Source of the DNA: Squalus acanthias
Taxonomy: Eukaryota
Assembly: GCA_030390025.1 (NCBI GenBank)
Contig: CM059434.1
Location: forward strand, 60,326,001-60,390,000
DNA length: 64,000 nucleotides
Direction of reading: 5' to 3'
This document shows, piece by piece, positions 50,012 to 60,925 of this stretch. The number at the start of each line of letters is the position of its first letter. Within the stretch, counting starts at the first letter, position 1. The translations under genes were made by a program, and so were the position numbers. The notes under the pieces are model-generated. The model was not told the DNA's origin and made no database searches. It was given only the letters and a program-made list of their open reading frames with translations.

Positions 50012-50203
50012 ATGGAGACTGTATCACAGAACTGTATGGAGACTGTATCACAGAACTGTATGGAGACTGTATCACAGAACTGTATGGAGACTGTATCACA
50101 GAACTGTATGGAGACTGTATCACAGAACTGTATGGAGACTGTATCACAGAACTGTATGGAGACTGTATCACAGAACTGTATGGAGACTGTATCACAGAAC
50201 TGT
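50012..50203. repeat. 24-bp minisatellite x8, perfect
   Basis: Unit ATGGAGACTGTATCACAGAACTGT. Confidence 0.95.
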
Positions 50204-50342
50204 AAGCACAACTGCTTGAAAGTAATGATTCGTGGTTTTACTTTTTGGACACCAGACTTTCCTGGTAGCTGGGAACCTGTACAGGTAATTCAATACTCAA
50301 TCCGGTGGTGAGCCAGGAGCCAGGAGCCAGTAGCATTAGATA

Positions 50343-50680
50343 TCAGCTGTGGCTCAGTGGTCGCACTTGCAGCTCTGAGGGAGTAGGTTTTGAGGTTCAA
50401 GTCCTGCTCCAGAGACTTGAGCACAAACTCTAGGCTGACACTTCAGTGGAGTGCTACACCGTCAGAGGTACTGTCTTTTGGATGAAATCTTAAACCAAGT
50501 CACTGTCTGCCCTCTCAGGTGGATGTGAAAGCTCTCATGGCACTATTTGAAGGAGAGCAGGGGACTTCCCTGGTGTCCTGGCCAATACTTATCCCTCAAC
50601 CAACATCACTAAAACAGATTATCTGGTCATTATCACATTGCTGTTTGTGGGACCTTGCTGTGCGCAAATTGGCTGCTGTG
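50343..50680 (+). mobile_element. Deu-type SINE, 3'-truncated; followed by L2 and SINE fragments to about 51085
   Basis: A box TGGCTCAGTGG, B box GGTTCAAGTCC, core. Confidence 0.85.
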
Positions 50681-51217
50681 CCCCATCCTTGTCTTTAGTT
50701 GCTCCAATGCCAGCCTCCTATGTATCTCCGCCACCACCCTCTGGTCTGTCATCAGTGGCAGAGCTTTCAGCTGTCTCAGCCCTACGCTCTGGCACTTGCA
50801 TCTAAACTTCCTCTCTCCCTGCCTCTAAACACTCTCAAAACCTATCTTCGATCCTGCCATTGGTCACCTCTTCTATTCTGACTCAGAAGCAAGAGTGCTG
50901 CCATTGAGCCACGGCTAACACCACAAAGTATCGTACCAAGTGGCCTTTGGAAGGCCTTATGACAAAGATGTCAAAAAATCTTTTGTCAGAGCTCCACACG
51001 AAAGGCTGAGACTTGTTTCTCCCTTCTGTGAAGCACCTTGGGATATATTTCTATGTGAAAGGCACTGTATTAATACACGGTGGTGGTGGCCTTTGTTGTT
51101 GGTTAGTCTTTGGCTGTCTCTTCAGATTGGACTGCTTCTCCTAATACGGCATTGCCTGAAAATTTAATCAGATTGCACCAAGCTTCTGAATCCCAGTCAT
51201 TAATCTAAATTAGAAAC

Positions 51218-51429
51218 CATGATGTGGAGATGCCGGTGTTGGACTGGGGTGGACAAATGTGAGAAGTCGCACAACACCAGGTTATAGTCCAACAGTTTTA
51301 TTTGAAATCACAAGCTTTCGGAGTGCTGCTCCTTCGTCAGGTGAAGTCACCTGACGAAGGAGCAGCGCTCCGAAAGCTTGTGATTTCAAATAAAACTGTT
51401 GGACTATAACCTGGTGTTGTGCTACTTCT
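51218..51429. mobile_element. Head-to-head (palindromic) Penelope pLTR insertion with two hammerhead cores
   Basis: Inverted repeat 51262-51344 / 51347-51429; 12-bp TSD TAAATTAGAAAC (51206-51217 and 51430-51441). Confidence 0.88.
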
Positions 51430-51653
51430 TAAATTAGAAACAGTACAGGTCCCAATTCCAATCTCTGGGATACTTCACTTCGTACTCTCCACTCCTCTAA
51501 CCAATAGCCCTTGCTTCCTATCCTTCAGCCAATTTCTTATCCAGTTATTTTCTCCCAATTAAAGCTGCCTTAATCGTGTGGAGCTCTGCCAAAAGATTTT
51601 TTCACATGTTTCTCATAAGGCCTTCCAAGTCCTTGGTACACTACTTTGTGGTG

Positions 51654-54205
51654 TTAACGTGACTCAGTAGCAGCACTCTCACCTCTGAGTCAGATGGTTG
51701 TGGATTCAAGCTCCACTCCAGAAACTTGAGCAAATGACCTAGGCTGACACTCCAGTGCAGTACTGAGGGAGTGCTGCACTGTTGGAGGTGCCATCTTTCA
51801 GATGAGATGTTAAACCGAGGCCCCATCTGCCCTCTCAGGTGGACTAAAATTCCCATATCAGAATTTTGAAGAAGAGCAGGAGAGTTTTCCCCAGTGTCCT
51901 GATGAATATTTATCATTCAACCAACATCACTGAAACAGATTATCTAGTCATTATTACATTGCTGTTTGTGGGACCTTGCTGTGCGCAAATTATATATTTT
52001 TTAATTCATTCATGTGATGTGGGCATCGCTGGCAAGGCCAGCATTTATTGCCCACCCCTAATTGACCTTGAGAAGGTGGTGGTGAGCTACCTTCTTGAAC
52101 CGCTGTAGTCTGTGAGGTGAAGGTACTCCTACAGGATAGGAAGTTCCAGGGTTTTGACCCACTGACAATGAAGGAACGGCGATATATTTCGAAGTCAGGA
52201 TGGGATGTGACTTGGAGGGGAACTTGGAGGTGGTGGTGTTCCCATGCGCCTGCTGCCTTTGTCGTTCTAGGTGGTCGAAGTCGTGGGTTTGGGAGGTGCT
52301 GTCGAAGAAACCTTGGCGAGTTGCTGCAGTGCATCTTGTAGATGGTACACACTGTAGACAGTGTCGCTGGTGGAGGGAGTGAATATTTAAGGTGGTGGAT
52401 GGGGTGCCTATTAAGTGGGCCGCTTTGTCCTGGATGGTGTCAAGCTTCTTGAGTGTTGTTGGAGCTGCACTCATCCAGGCAAGTGGAGACTATTCCATCA
52501 CACTCCTTACTTGTGCCTTGTAGATGGTGGAAACGCTTTGGGGAGGTGAGTCACCCACCACCAAATACCCAGCCTCTGGCCTGCTCTTGTAGCCACAGTA
52601 TTTATGTGGCTGGTCCAGTTAAGTTTCTGGTCAATGGTGTCCCCCAAGGATTATGATGGAGGGGGATTCGACAATGTTAATGTCATTTAATGGCAACGGG
52701 AGATGGTTAGACTTTCTCTTGTTGGAGATGGTCATTGCCTGGCACTTGTTTGGCGCGAATGTTGCTTGCCACTTATCAGCACAAGCCTGAATGTCGTCCA
52801 GGTCTTGCTGCATGTTGGCACAGACTGCTTCATTATCTGAGGAGGTGTGAATGGAACTGAACACTGCGCAACCATCAGTGAACATGCCCATTTCCGACCT
52901 TATGGTGGAGGGAACTTCATTGATGAAGCAGCTGAAGATGGTTGGGCCGAGGACACTGCCCTGAAGAACTCCTGCAGCGATGTCCTGAGGCTGAGATGAT
53001 TGGCCTCCAACAACCATAACATCTTCCTTTGTGCTAGGTATGACTCCAGCCAGTGGAGAGTTTTCCCCCTGATTCCCATTGACTTCAGTTTTACTGGGGC
53101 TCCTTGATGCCGCAACCAGTCAAATGCTGCCTTGATGTCAAGGGCAGCCACTGTCACCTCATCTCTGGAATTCAGCTCCTTTGTCCATAGAAACATAGAA
53201 ACATAGAAGATAGGAGCAGGAGTAGGCCATTCGGCCCCTCGAGCCTGCTCCGCCATTTAATGAGATCATGGCTGATCATCCAAATTCAGTACCCTATAGA
53301 AACATAGAAGATGTTTGGACCAAGGCTGTAATAAGGTCTGGAGCCAAATGGTCCTGGCGGAACCCAAACTGAGCATCGGTGAGCAGGTTATTGGTGAGTA
53401 AGTGCCACTTGATAGCACTGTCAATGAAACCTTCCATCACTTTGCTGATGATTGGGAGTAGACTGATGGGGTGGTAATTGGCTGGATTGTATTTGTCCTG
53501 CTTTTTGTGGACAGGACATACCTGGGCAGTTTTCCACTTTGTCAGGTAGATGTCACTGCTGTAGCTGTACTGGAACAGCTTGGCTAGCTATTGGAGCACA
53601 AGTCTTCAGCACTGCAGCCGGGATGTTGTCGGGGCCCATAGCTTTTGCTGTATCCAGTGCGCTTAGCCGTTTCTTGCTATCACGTGGAGTGAATCGAATT
53701 GACTGAAGACTGACTTCTGTGATGGTGGGTACCTCAGGAGGAGGCCGAGATGGATCATCCACTCAGCACTTCTGGCTGAAGATGGTTGCAAACACTTCAG
53801 CCTTGTCTTTTGCACTCACGTGCTGGGCTCCACCATCATTGAGGATGGAGATGTTCATGGAGCCTCCTCCTCCTGTTAGTTGTTTAATTGTCCACCACCA
53901 TTCACGACTGGATGTGACAGGACTGCAGAGCTTTGATCTGACCCGTTGGTTGTAGGATCGCTTAGCCCTGTCTATAGCATGCTGCTTCCCTTGTTTAGCC
54001 TGCATGTAGTCCTGTGTTGCAGCTTCCCCAGGTTGTGGTAGAGTGAGGAATATACCGGGCCATGAGGTTACAGAATGTGGTAGCTGCCGCATTTCCTACA
54101 TTACAACAGTGACTATACTTCAAAATTACTTCATTGGCTGTGAAAGGCTTTGGGACATCCTGAGGTCATGAAAGGCGCTATATAAATGCAAGTTCTTTCC
54201 TTTTT
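51654..54205 (+). mobile_element. Deu-type SINE split by a LINE (51654-51991 and 54083-54205)
   Basis: ...GTGCGCAAATT resumes as GCTGCCGCATTTCCTACATTACAACAGTG. Confidence 0.85.
51995..54082 (-). mobile_element. LINE family A, 5'-truncated; contains a CR1 tail insert at about 53189-53310
   Basis: Highly similar to 46885-48870 in the opposite orientation (GVLQGSVLGP, ALDIKAAFD). Confidence 0.92.
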
Positions 54206-54689
54206 CCCTCACTGCCACTGGAAGCAGCATAGCGGGTAGAGCAATATGAACAGCTGCAACTGATGGAGTGGGCCAGAAATGGAAATGAAAATCAGGCAGT
54301 TTGTAAACGGGCATCCAACCCGCAATGGCGGCTTCACGCCTGGGCAACGAGGTGAAGATCTATCCCTACAGTTCCTCCTTCCATGGACATATGGTCACCT
54401 CAAGCGTTCTCCATGGCTCCGTCATTCAATCCTCATCTTTTCTTCATTTATGTGCTGCTCCTTGGAGACGGTGAACATAAGCAGTGTTCTAAGGAGACAT
54501 TTAAGCACAGTTGTAGAGTACTTGCCTTCCAATGGGAGTGGCTTGTATAACACACACCACTACTCAAATAAATCATAAAGACAGCACAACAACTTACATT
54601 TCTAATAGAGTTCATTAAGTCAGAATGGAGTCAGCTTCCACATGTAGGCTGAAGACTCCAAGCTTTACCTCTTCACCTTCACCATCAAT

Positions 54690-55545
54690 TTGATCACCCT
54701 CTCCAACAGCCTGTCCAACATCAAGGCTTGGATGAATCGTAACTTCTTCCTGCTTCATTTCACAAAGCCATTCTTTCAGCTCCCACCTCTGGCCTGGACC
54801 CTTTTCATCTCCCTGGCCGATATCTCAAGATTAGACTAGAGCTGTGAAGCCTTTGTCTCCTGCTTAAACCCAGGCTGAATTTTTTTCAATCTGTCACCAC
54901 CACTCCTTTCTTCCATCTCCAAGATATTGCCTGCTTCTGCCCCTACCATCAGCCTACATGTGGAAGCTGACTCCCACCATTGCTAAGACCCAAATATATG
55001 CTTTTATCACTCTCAAGGCTCAACTTCTTCAATGCTCTTCCTTCTGGCCTCCTTAGTTCCAGTCTCCACAAACTATCTGCTGCCTATGTCCTCCCCTGCA
55101 CAACGTCCTGCATTCCCCATAGCTCATCTTTGACCAACTCTACTAACTCCTGTACCCCAACTGATGTACTTTAAGATCCTCATGTTTAAATCCCTCCATG
55201 GTCTCACCCCACCCCACCTCTGGCTGCATATCCCTGTGCAAACACTCTCCACCTTTGGGGCAGGATTTTTTCTCATTCCCACTCCCTTCGCTCTACCATT
55301 GGTGGCTGCTCATTCACCTGGTCTCTAGAACACCCCCGACGAGATGCCTCTGTCTCACCATCTAAGTCTCTGCTTTTAAAACCCTCCTTGAAACCCTTAT
55401 CTTTTGACTGTGCTATTGGCCTTCCACCTCCTTGACCTCTCTTTTTTCTTCCCCATTTTTCTCCCCACTGGGTCTTTACCTTTAAACTGCTCAGATGTTG
55501 CTGTCTACTTGGGGAGCACCATAGAAATGTAAGTTGTTGTTGCAC
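54690..55545 (+). mobile_element. Old degraded L2 3' portion
   Basis: ATCAAGGCTTGGATG, TTTAAATCCCTCCATGG, and tail ATAGAAATGTAAGTTGTTGTTG. Confidence 0.65.
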
Positions 55546-55614
55546 CGTTTTTTTTTTACTGCGTTTGAGTAGTGGTGTGTGTTATACTGGCCGCTCCCAT
55601 TGTTGAAAGAAAGA

Positions 55615-56965
55615 CTCAGGAACACAGGAATAGGAGTAGGCCATTCAGCCCCTCGAGCCTGTTCCGCCATTCAGTGAGAGCATGGCTAATCTGTATCCTA
55701 ACTCCATCAACCTGCCTCGTCTCCGTATCCCTTAATATCCTTGGCTAGCAAAAATCTATCAATCTCAGATTTAAAATGATTCATTGAGCTAGCATCTATT
55801 GATTTTTGTGGGAGTGCGTTCCACACTTCTACCACCCTTTGCAAGAAGAAGTGTTTTCTAACTTCTCTCCTGAATGGCCTGGCTCTGATTTTAAGGTTAT
55901 GTGCCCATGTCCTAGACTCTCCCACCAGCAGAAAAAGTTTCGATCTATCTACCCTATCAATTCCTTTCACAATCTTAAAATCCTCAATCAAATCACCCCT
56001 TAACCTTCTATGTTCCAGGGAATATTAGCCTAGTTTATGTAATCGGTCCTCATAATCTAACCCTTAGTGCCCTGGTAACATTCTGGTGACTCTGTGCTGC
56101 ACTCCTTCCAAGTCCAATATATCCTTTCTAAGGTGCGGTGCCCAGAACTGTACATAGTACTCCAGATGTGGTCTAACCAGTGCTTTGTATAGCTCGAGGA
56201 AAACTTCCCTTTATATTCTAGCTCTCTAGTTATAAAGCAAACATTCCATTAACCTTTTTGATTATTTTTTGTACCTGACTACTACATTTTAATGATCTGT
56301 GCACATGGACCCCTAAATCTCTTTGGACTGTCACTGTCTCTAGCTTTTCACCGTTTAAAAAATACTCAGGTCTATCCTTTTTCAGTCCAAAGTGGATGAT
56401 CTCACACTTACCTGCGTTGCAATCCATCTGCCACAGTTTTGCCCACTAACATAACCTATCAATGTCTCTTTGTAATTTTATGCTTCCCATCTACACTACT
56501 TACTATGGCACCAATCTTTGCTTCATCAGCAAACTTGGATATGTGGCTCTCCATTTTGTTATCTAAGTCATTAATAAATATAATCTATAGTTGAGGCCCC
56601 AGCACAGATCCTTGGAGAACACCACTCATCACTCTCTTCCAATTCGAGTATCCCTCCTTTCTGTCTTCTACTGCCTAACCACTCTCCTAACCAGGTCTAT
56701 AATTTTCCTTCAATTCCATGAGTTTTAATATTAGCTACAGTCTTTTATGTGGAACCTTATCGAATGCCTTCTGGAAGTCATATAAACTACATCCATAGAC
56801 ATTCCCCCTTCACTACTTTATTTACTTCCTCAAAAAATTCAATTAGGTTTGTTCGACATGATCTACCCTTTACAAATCCATCAGCTCTCTCTAATCACCT
56901 CACATTTCTCTAAGTGCTCAGTCACTCTGCCCTTAATTATAAATTCCAATAACTTCCCCACAACA
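55615..56965 (-). mobile_element. CR1 LINE 3' portion
   Basis: GKCEIIHFG, QRDLGVHV, RKHFFLQRVVEVWNALP; tail (GGAACACA) on the plus strand. Confidence 0.9.
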
Positions 56966-56971
56966 GATGAG

Positions 56972-57335
56972 TTAGACTTGTATTTATATTATGCCTTTCA
57001 TGACCTCTGGACATCCCGAAGTGCTTTACAACCAATGAAGTACTTTTGAAGTGTAGGCACTGTTGCAATGTAGGAAATGCGGCACCCATTTTGAGCACAA
57101 CTAGGTCCCGTAAACAACACTGAAATAAATGACCAGATAATGTGCTTTTTAATCATGTTGATTGAGGGAGAAATATTACCCAGGACACCGGGAGAACTCC
57201 CCTGCTCTTCTTCGAATTAATGCCATGGAATTTTTTACGTCCACCTGAGAGGGGCTGACAGGGCCTTGGTTTAACATTTCATCTGAAAGATGGCACCTCC
57301 GATTGTCAGCCCTGGATTATGTACTCAAGTCTCTT
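56972..57335 (-). mobile_element. Deu-type SINE
   Basis: Reverse complement of the consensus. Confidence 0.85.
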
Positions 57336-57736
57336 TTAACTTCTTTACATTCACAGTTTTGCTGCCAATGGTACGTCTGCAGTTGGCGGCAAACTGGGAA
57401 TGTAACCGATGCGGTGCTCCCTGCTTTGAACAGCAGTGTGCTCCACAAAAATAGCTGGTTTTAATCTACACCGGCATAAACACCGAAGGGTGAAGTGCCT
57501 CCTGTCGATAACTTTTTACAGGAAAATGTAAGCGAGACTACAAAAGAAACATAGCGTATCATGCCAACTTTTTCTGAAGCTCGTTGATGAGAGGAATTTC
57601 AGCGGGTGGTTTGGAATCAGAGGTGACTGGCCTGTACAGACCTTCCCTAGCTACTGGACCTAGTCGCAGCACTGAACGAAACAGTTGCTGTTGTAGAGAT
57701 TTCCCTGCAACGCTGGGAACTGCAAGTCAAGACTGG

Positions 57737-57803
57737 GTAACCATGGCAAGAAGTGACTGTCCAATATAAATACATTGCTGTCCATTGATTCATCTCTGAT
57801 TGG
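57737..57803. promoter_or_regulatory. Possible RFX X-box plus CCAAT boxes
   Basis: GTAACCATGGCAAG (one mismatch to the X-box consensus), CCAAT at 57761, ATTGG at 57799; motif match only. Confidence 0.25.
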
Positions 57804-59384
57804 AGAGGAGCTGACAAGGCTGCCGGAAATTGAAAGCTAGCCCACTTGTTGGGCTGGAATCCTTTTTCAAAAGAAAAAGGGGTAACAATTTTCTGGTGTT
57901 GCGTATGAAGCTGGGACCTTCCCAGTCTGTATTGCTCAACTCCACATTGAACAATGGATTTACCAACTGAAAGCATCAGGGAAACTTACTCCCGTATTTA
58001 CATAGTTCATAAATGATCTCCACTCGACAAGAGATCAAGTTCCATCTGGGTATTATACAATTTCTCAAAGCTTTAATAAAGATAAGTTACTCTTGTGTAT
58101 TTTATTTTGAATTGCATTTTATGGTATTTTTTTTCTCCAAATGGCACAACAAGCAGAAACTGAGCAACCCAATTCGCATGACAGAATGTGCACTGTGTAT
58201 TTGTAAACTGAGGCCCTTCACTTTCCCAAGACCTGTTGTGTGTCCTTCTAATGACCCCTTAATTGTGTTCTGAATGACACTCCACCATTACCTCTATCAA
58301 TGTTCATCAGCACCTTTCACAGGAAGGATGAGTGAGCGGATGGTGGGGGGGCGGGGGTGGGGGTGGTGGGGGGAGAGGGGAGAGTCGTACAAAAATCACC
58401 CATATTTCTAGATTCAGACTATTTAAAGGCAGGGCACCTGACTGTTAGGCTCTTGGCCCCAATTTTCTTTTCGTTAAACTGTTGTAAATCTGGCTATCAC
58501 ATACAGGATTTTCTGGGCTCCAATGTTTGGTGTGTTTATTGTTCAATCTAGTGACATGCTTTTGCAAAGAACTTGGGGATCTGTTAGAGGTCAGAGCCTT
58601 CACACCATTCATTATTCTTATCCTTCAACACCTTTATTATCTGGAATTCATTCCACTGAAGCTGAGTGCTGATCACGTCAACCTACGACACTTACTTAGT
58701 GACAGCCCTTGCAGCTAAGGTAAATATGCCAGCAGGGCGATGAGCTTGAACCCTTGCACCTTAGGGCAATCTTGCACACACAAAACATTTCCTTAGATAT
58801 TTTCTTCCTCCTATTGTTGCTAATTCTTAAAGGGTCATGTTTTCTCCTGTTCAATAACTTTTATGAAAAGGGAGACACGAGTAAGAAAGGGTGTAGTATT
58901 CGTAGATAACACTGACAGTCCATGTTTAACATTAATGGACCAACAAATATTAGCAAAAGGTGAGTTTAAAACATCCCTATTTTTTGCTTGTTAAGCCCTC
59001 ATTAACATCATTAATAAGGAGCTCGTGCAGCATTCAGCTGCTTAACCATCATATCGAAAAGTAATTTACTGCAAGTGAGACCTGACATTGGGAAGTTTGA
59101 TGAAGGGAATGATTTTGAAGCTTCATCACCACACTGGTGAGCGCAGTGGTGAGCACACAGATGTTTACTGCCAGGGAACATGGCTGCTTGGTGCCATCGG
59201 TCGGTATAGTGCAGTGGAGTGAGAGGAGGAGGAGGAGCAGAGGATGTGTGTGGGGGGGTGGGGTATGGCTCACAGTTGGTACCACACCAGACAGTGGGTC
59301 CACTGTACAGAGTCAGCTGCCTTGGCATGACAGAGGAGCAGTGTATGAGGAGGCCAAGGCTTTCCATGGAGATTGTGCTCATAC

Positions 59385-59495
59385 TACAAGGAAAAGGAGC
59401 AGGAGTAGGCCATTCGAGCCTGCTCCGCCATTCAATCAGATCATGCCTGATCTTCTACCTCAACTCCACTTTCCCACCCAATTCCCATAGCCCTA
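59385..59495 (-). mobile_element. CR1 3' tail
   Basis: AGGAGCAGGAGTAGGCCATTCGAGCCTGCTCCGCCATTCAAT. Confidence 0.8.
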
Positions 59496-59807
59496 TTGAC
59501 ATGTTGATTTATTGACAGTAAATTACTTTTAAGTTTTTGCTGCCACATATATCAGTGGCAGTTCTGGCTATTTCACAGCCTTATATTAAGTAACAATAAC
59601 CACCACTTCTCAAAGCAATGAGCCCACTGTGACTACAGCAACTCAGCACTGATTTAATCCCAGCAGGCCTTGTCTATCCCATGCAGCTCATAATTTGGCT
59701 ACACAGCCACTCACCGTTGTTAGTCCCTCAGAATGGGAGCTATTTACTAATCGTGTACCTCCACAAGCAATATGGAGAAGTTCAACACAGACTAGGGACA
59801 AACACTA

Positions 59808-60526
59808 GGGGGCGAAATTGGGTGCCGGGGGGGGGGGGGCGCTAACGGGCCACAAATGGCTTTGCGACTGGGCGCGGTGCTGACATTGACTCCCGCCATA
59901 TTCGGCGGGAGTTTTGCGGCGGCACTACAGCGTTGCGCCCCGATCTCCTTCGCCCGAAGATCGTGACGTCATCGCCGGGCACATCGCCCTGGTAGCGCCC
60001 CGGACCCGAAATTGACTTCTGCCCCCTGCAGCAGCGCCGGTCGAAAACACCGACAGCTGCAGGAGGCGTGCATCGGGCAGCCGGCCACTTCAGGGGCGAT
60101 GATTAAAGGTGAGGTGGCCGAGGCAAGTGGAAAAAAATTTTACCTTTCTTGTTCCAGTTTTTTCCACGGGTGCCTGCCCGCGATCGATCAGTCCGACACT
60201 CTGCTTGAGTGCCGGGCTAATCGCGCGGGATCGCGGCTGCCTTGTTGGTCCTGGTAGGTACTTTTAATATTGCAGAGCCTGCAGCGATGGCCCTTCGCTT
60301 TAAGGGAGGGAAGGAGCCTTTCTGCACGGCCCATTGTGCAGCGCTGCTGAAGCCTCCGCCCCGCCTGCTGCCAATTGCGCTCCAAGAAGGTAGTGGAATG
60401 CTTGATTTAGCGTTCCACTTCCTTCCTGGAGCGCAAACGGCGAATTTTTCAAAAGTTTGAAGGCGCTAACTTTTCAAACTTTTAAAAATTAGCGCCCCAA
60501 ACGGGGCAATAGTGAATTTCTCCCCC
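59808..60526. mobile_element. Non-autonomous PIF/Harbinger element, CpG-rich and probably young
   Basis: TIRs GGGGGCGAAATT / AATTTCTCCCCC; TSD CTA at 59805-59807 and 60527-60529. Confidence 0.88.
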
Positions 60527-60648
60527 CTAGATTTAGTGCATCAGATACATATGGGTTAAATCATGCTGCAAGATAATACTAACCAACATGCTCACATCAA
60601 ATTCCTTGCATTCCCATGAGATATCTCTGTCCACTATTTAAATGCTAG

Positions 60649-60885
60649 TGTGGCGGATCGCCACCTAAACGGGCATTATCCACTCTTCCGTCTGTGGACA
60701 AATATCGAGCACCTTCCCTTTAAGGCACCTTACCTTCAAGGCAGGAGTGGGCGGGGCCTCAGGGTTTTTCCAGAGAATTCTGGGAGCAGTCTGTTCAGCC
60801 ATTTTGTACCATGCAGTTGTATTAAAGTCTCTTGTCTTCCACACATGGATTCAGCCTTAATTCGTGTTCCGCGGCAGCCTCAACA
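60649..60885 (+). mobile_element. 5' LTR of a Ty3/Gypsy element (237 bp)
   Basis: TGT...ACA ends; ATTAAA at 60821; immediately followed by the PBS. Confidence 0.8.
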
Positions 60886-60886
60886 T

Positions 60887-60900
60887 TGGTGACCCCGACG
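60887..60900 (+). promoter_or_regulatory. Primer binding site, tRNA-Trp
   Basis: TGGTGACCCCGACG is complementary to the 3' end of vertebrate tRNA-Trp. Confidence 0.85.
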
Positions 60901-60925
60901 CTCAGAACGTATTCCGAGCACTGCA

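Noticed and set aside
49925-50311. (METVSQNC)n repeat protein
   Set aside because: It is the translation of a 24-bp minisatellite with no synonymous variation, and the ORF starts inside a TE fragment.
46885-54082. Shared 5' truncation point implying one inverted duplication of the two LINE A copies
   Set aside because: The minus copy extends further 5' across an internal deletion (54036-54082) and sits inside a SINE, so the insertions are independent.
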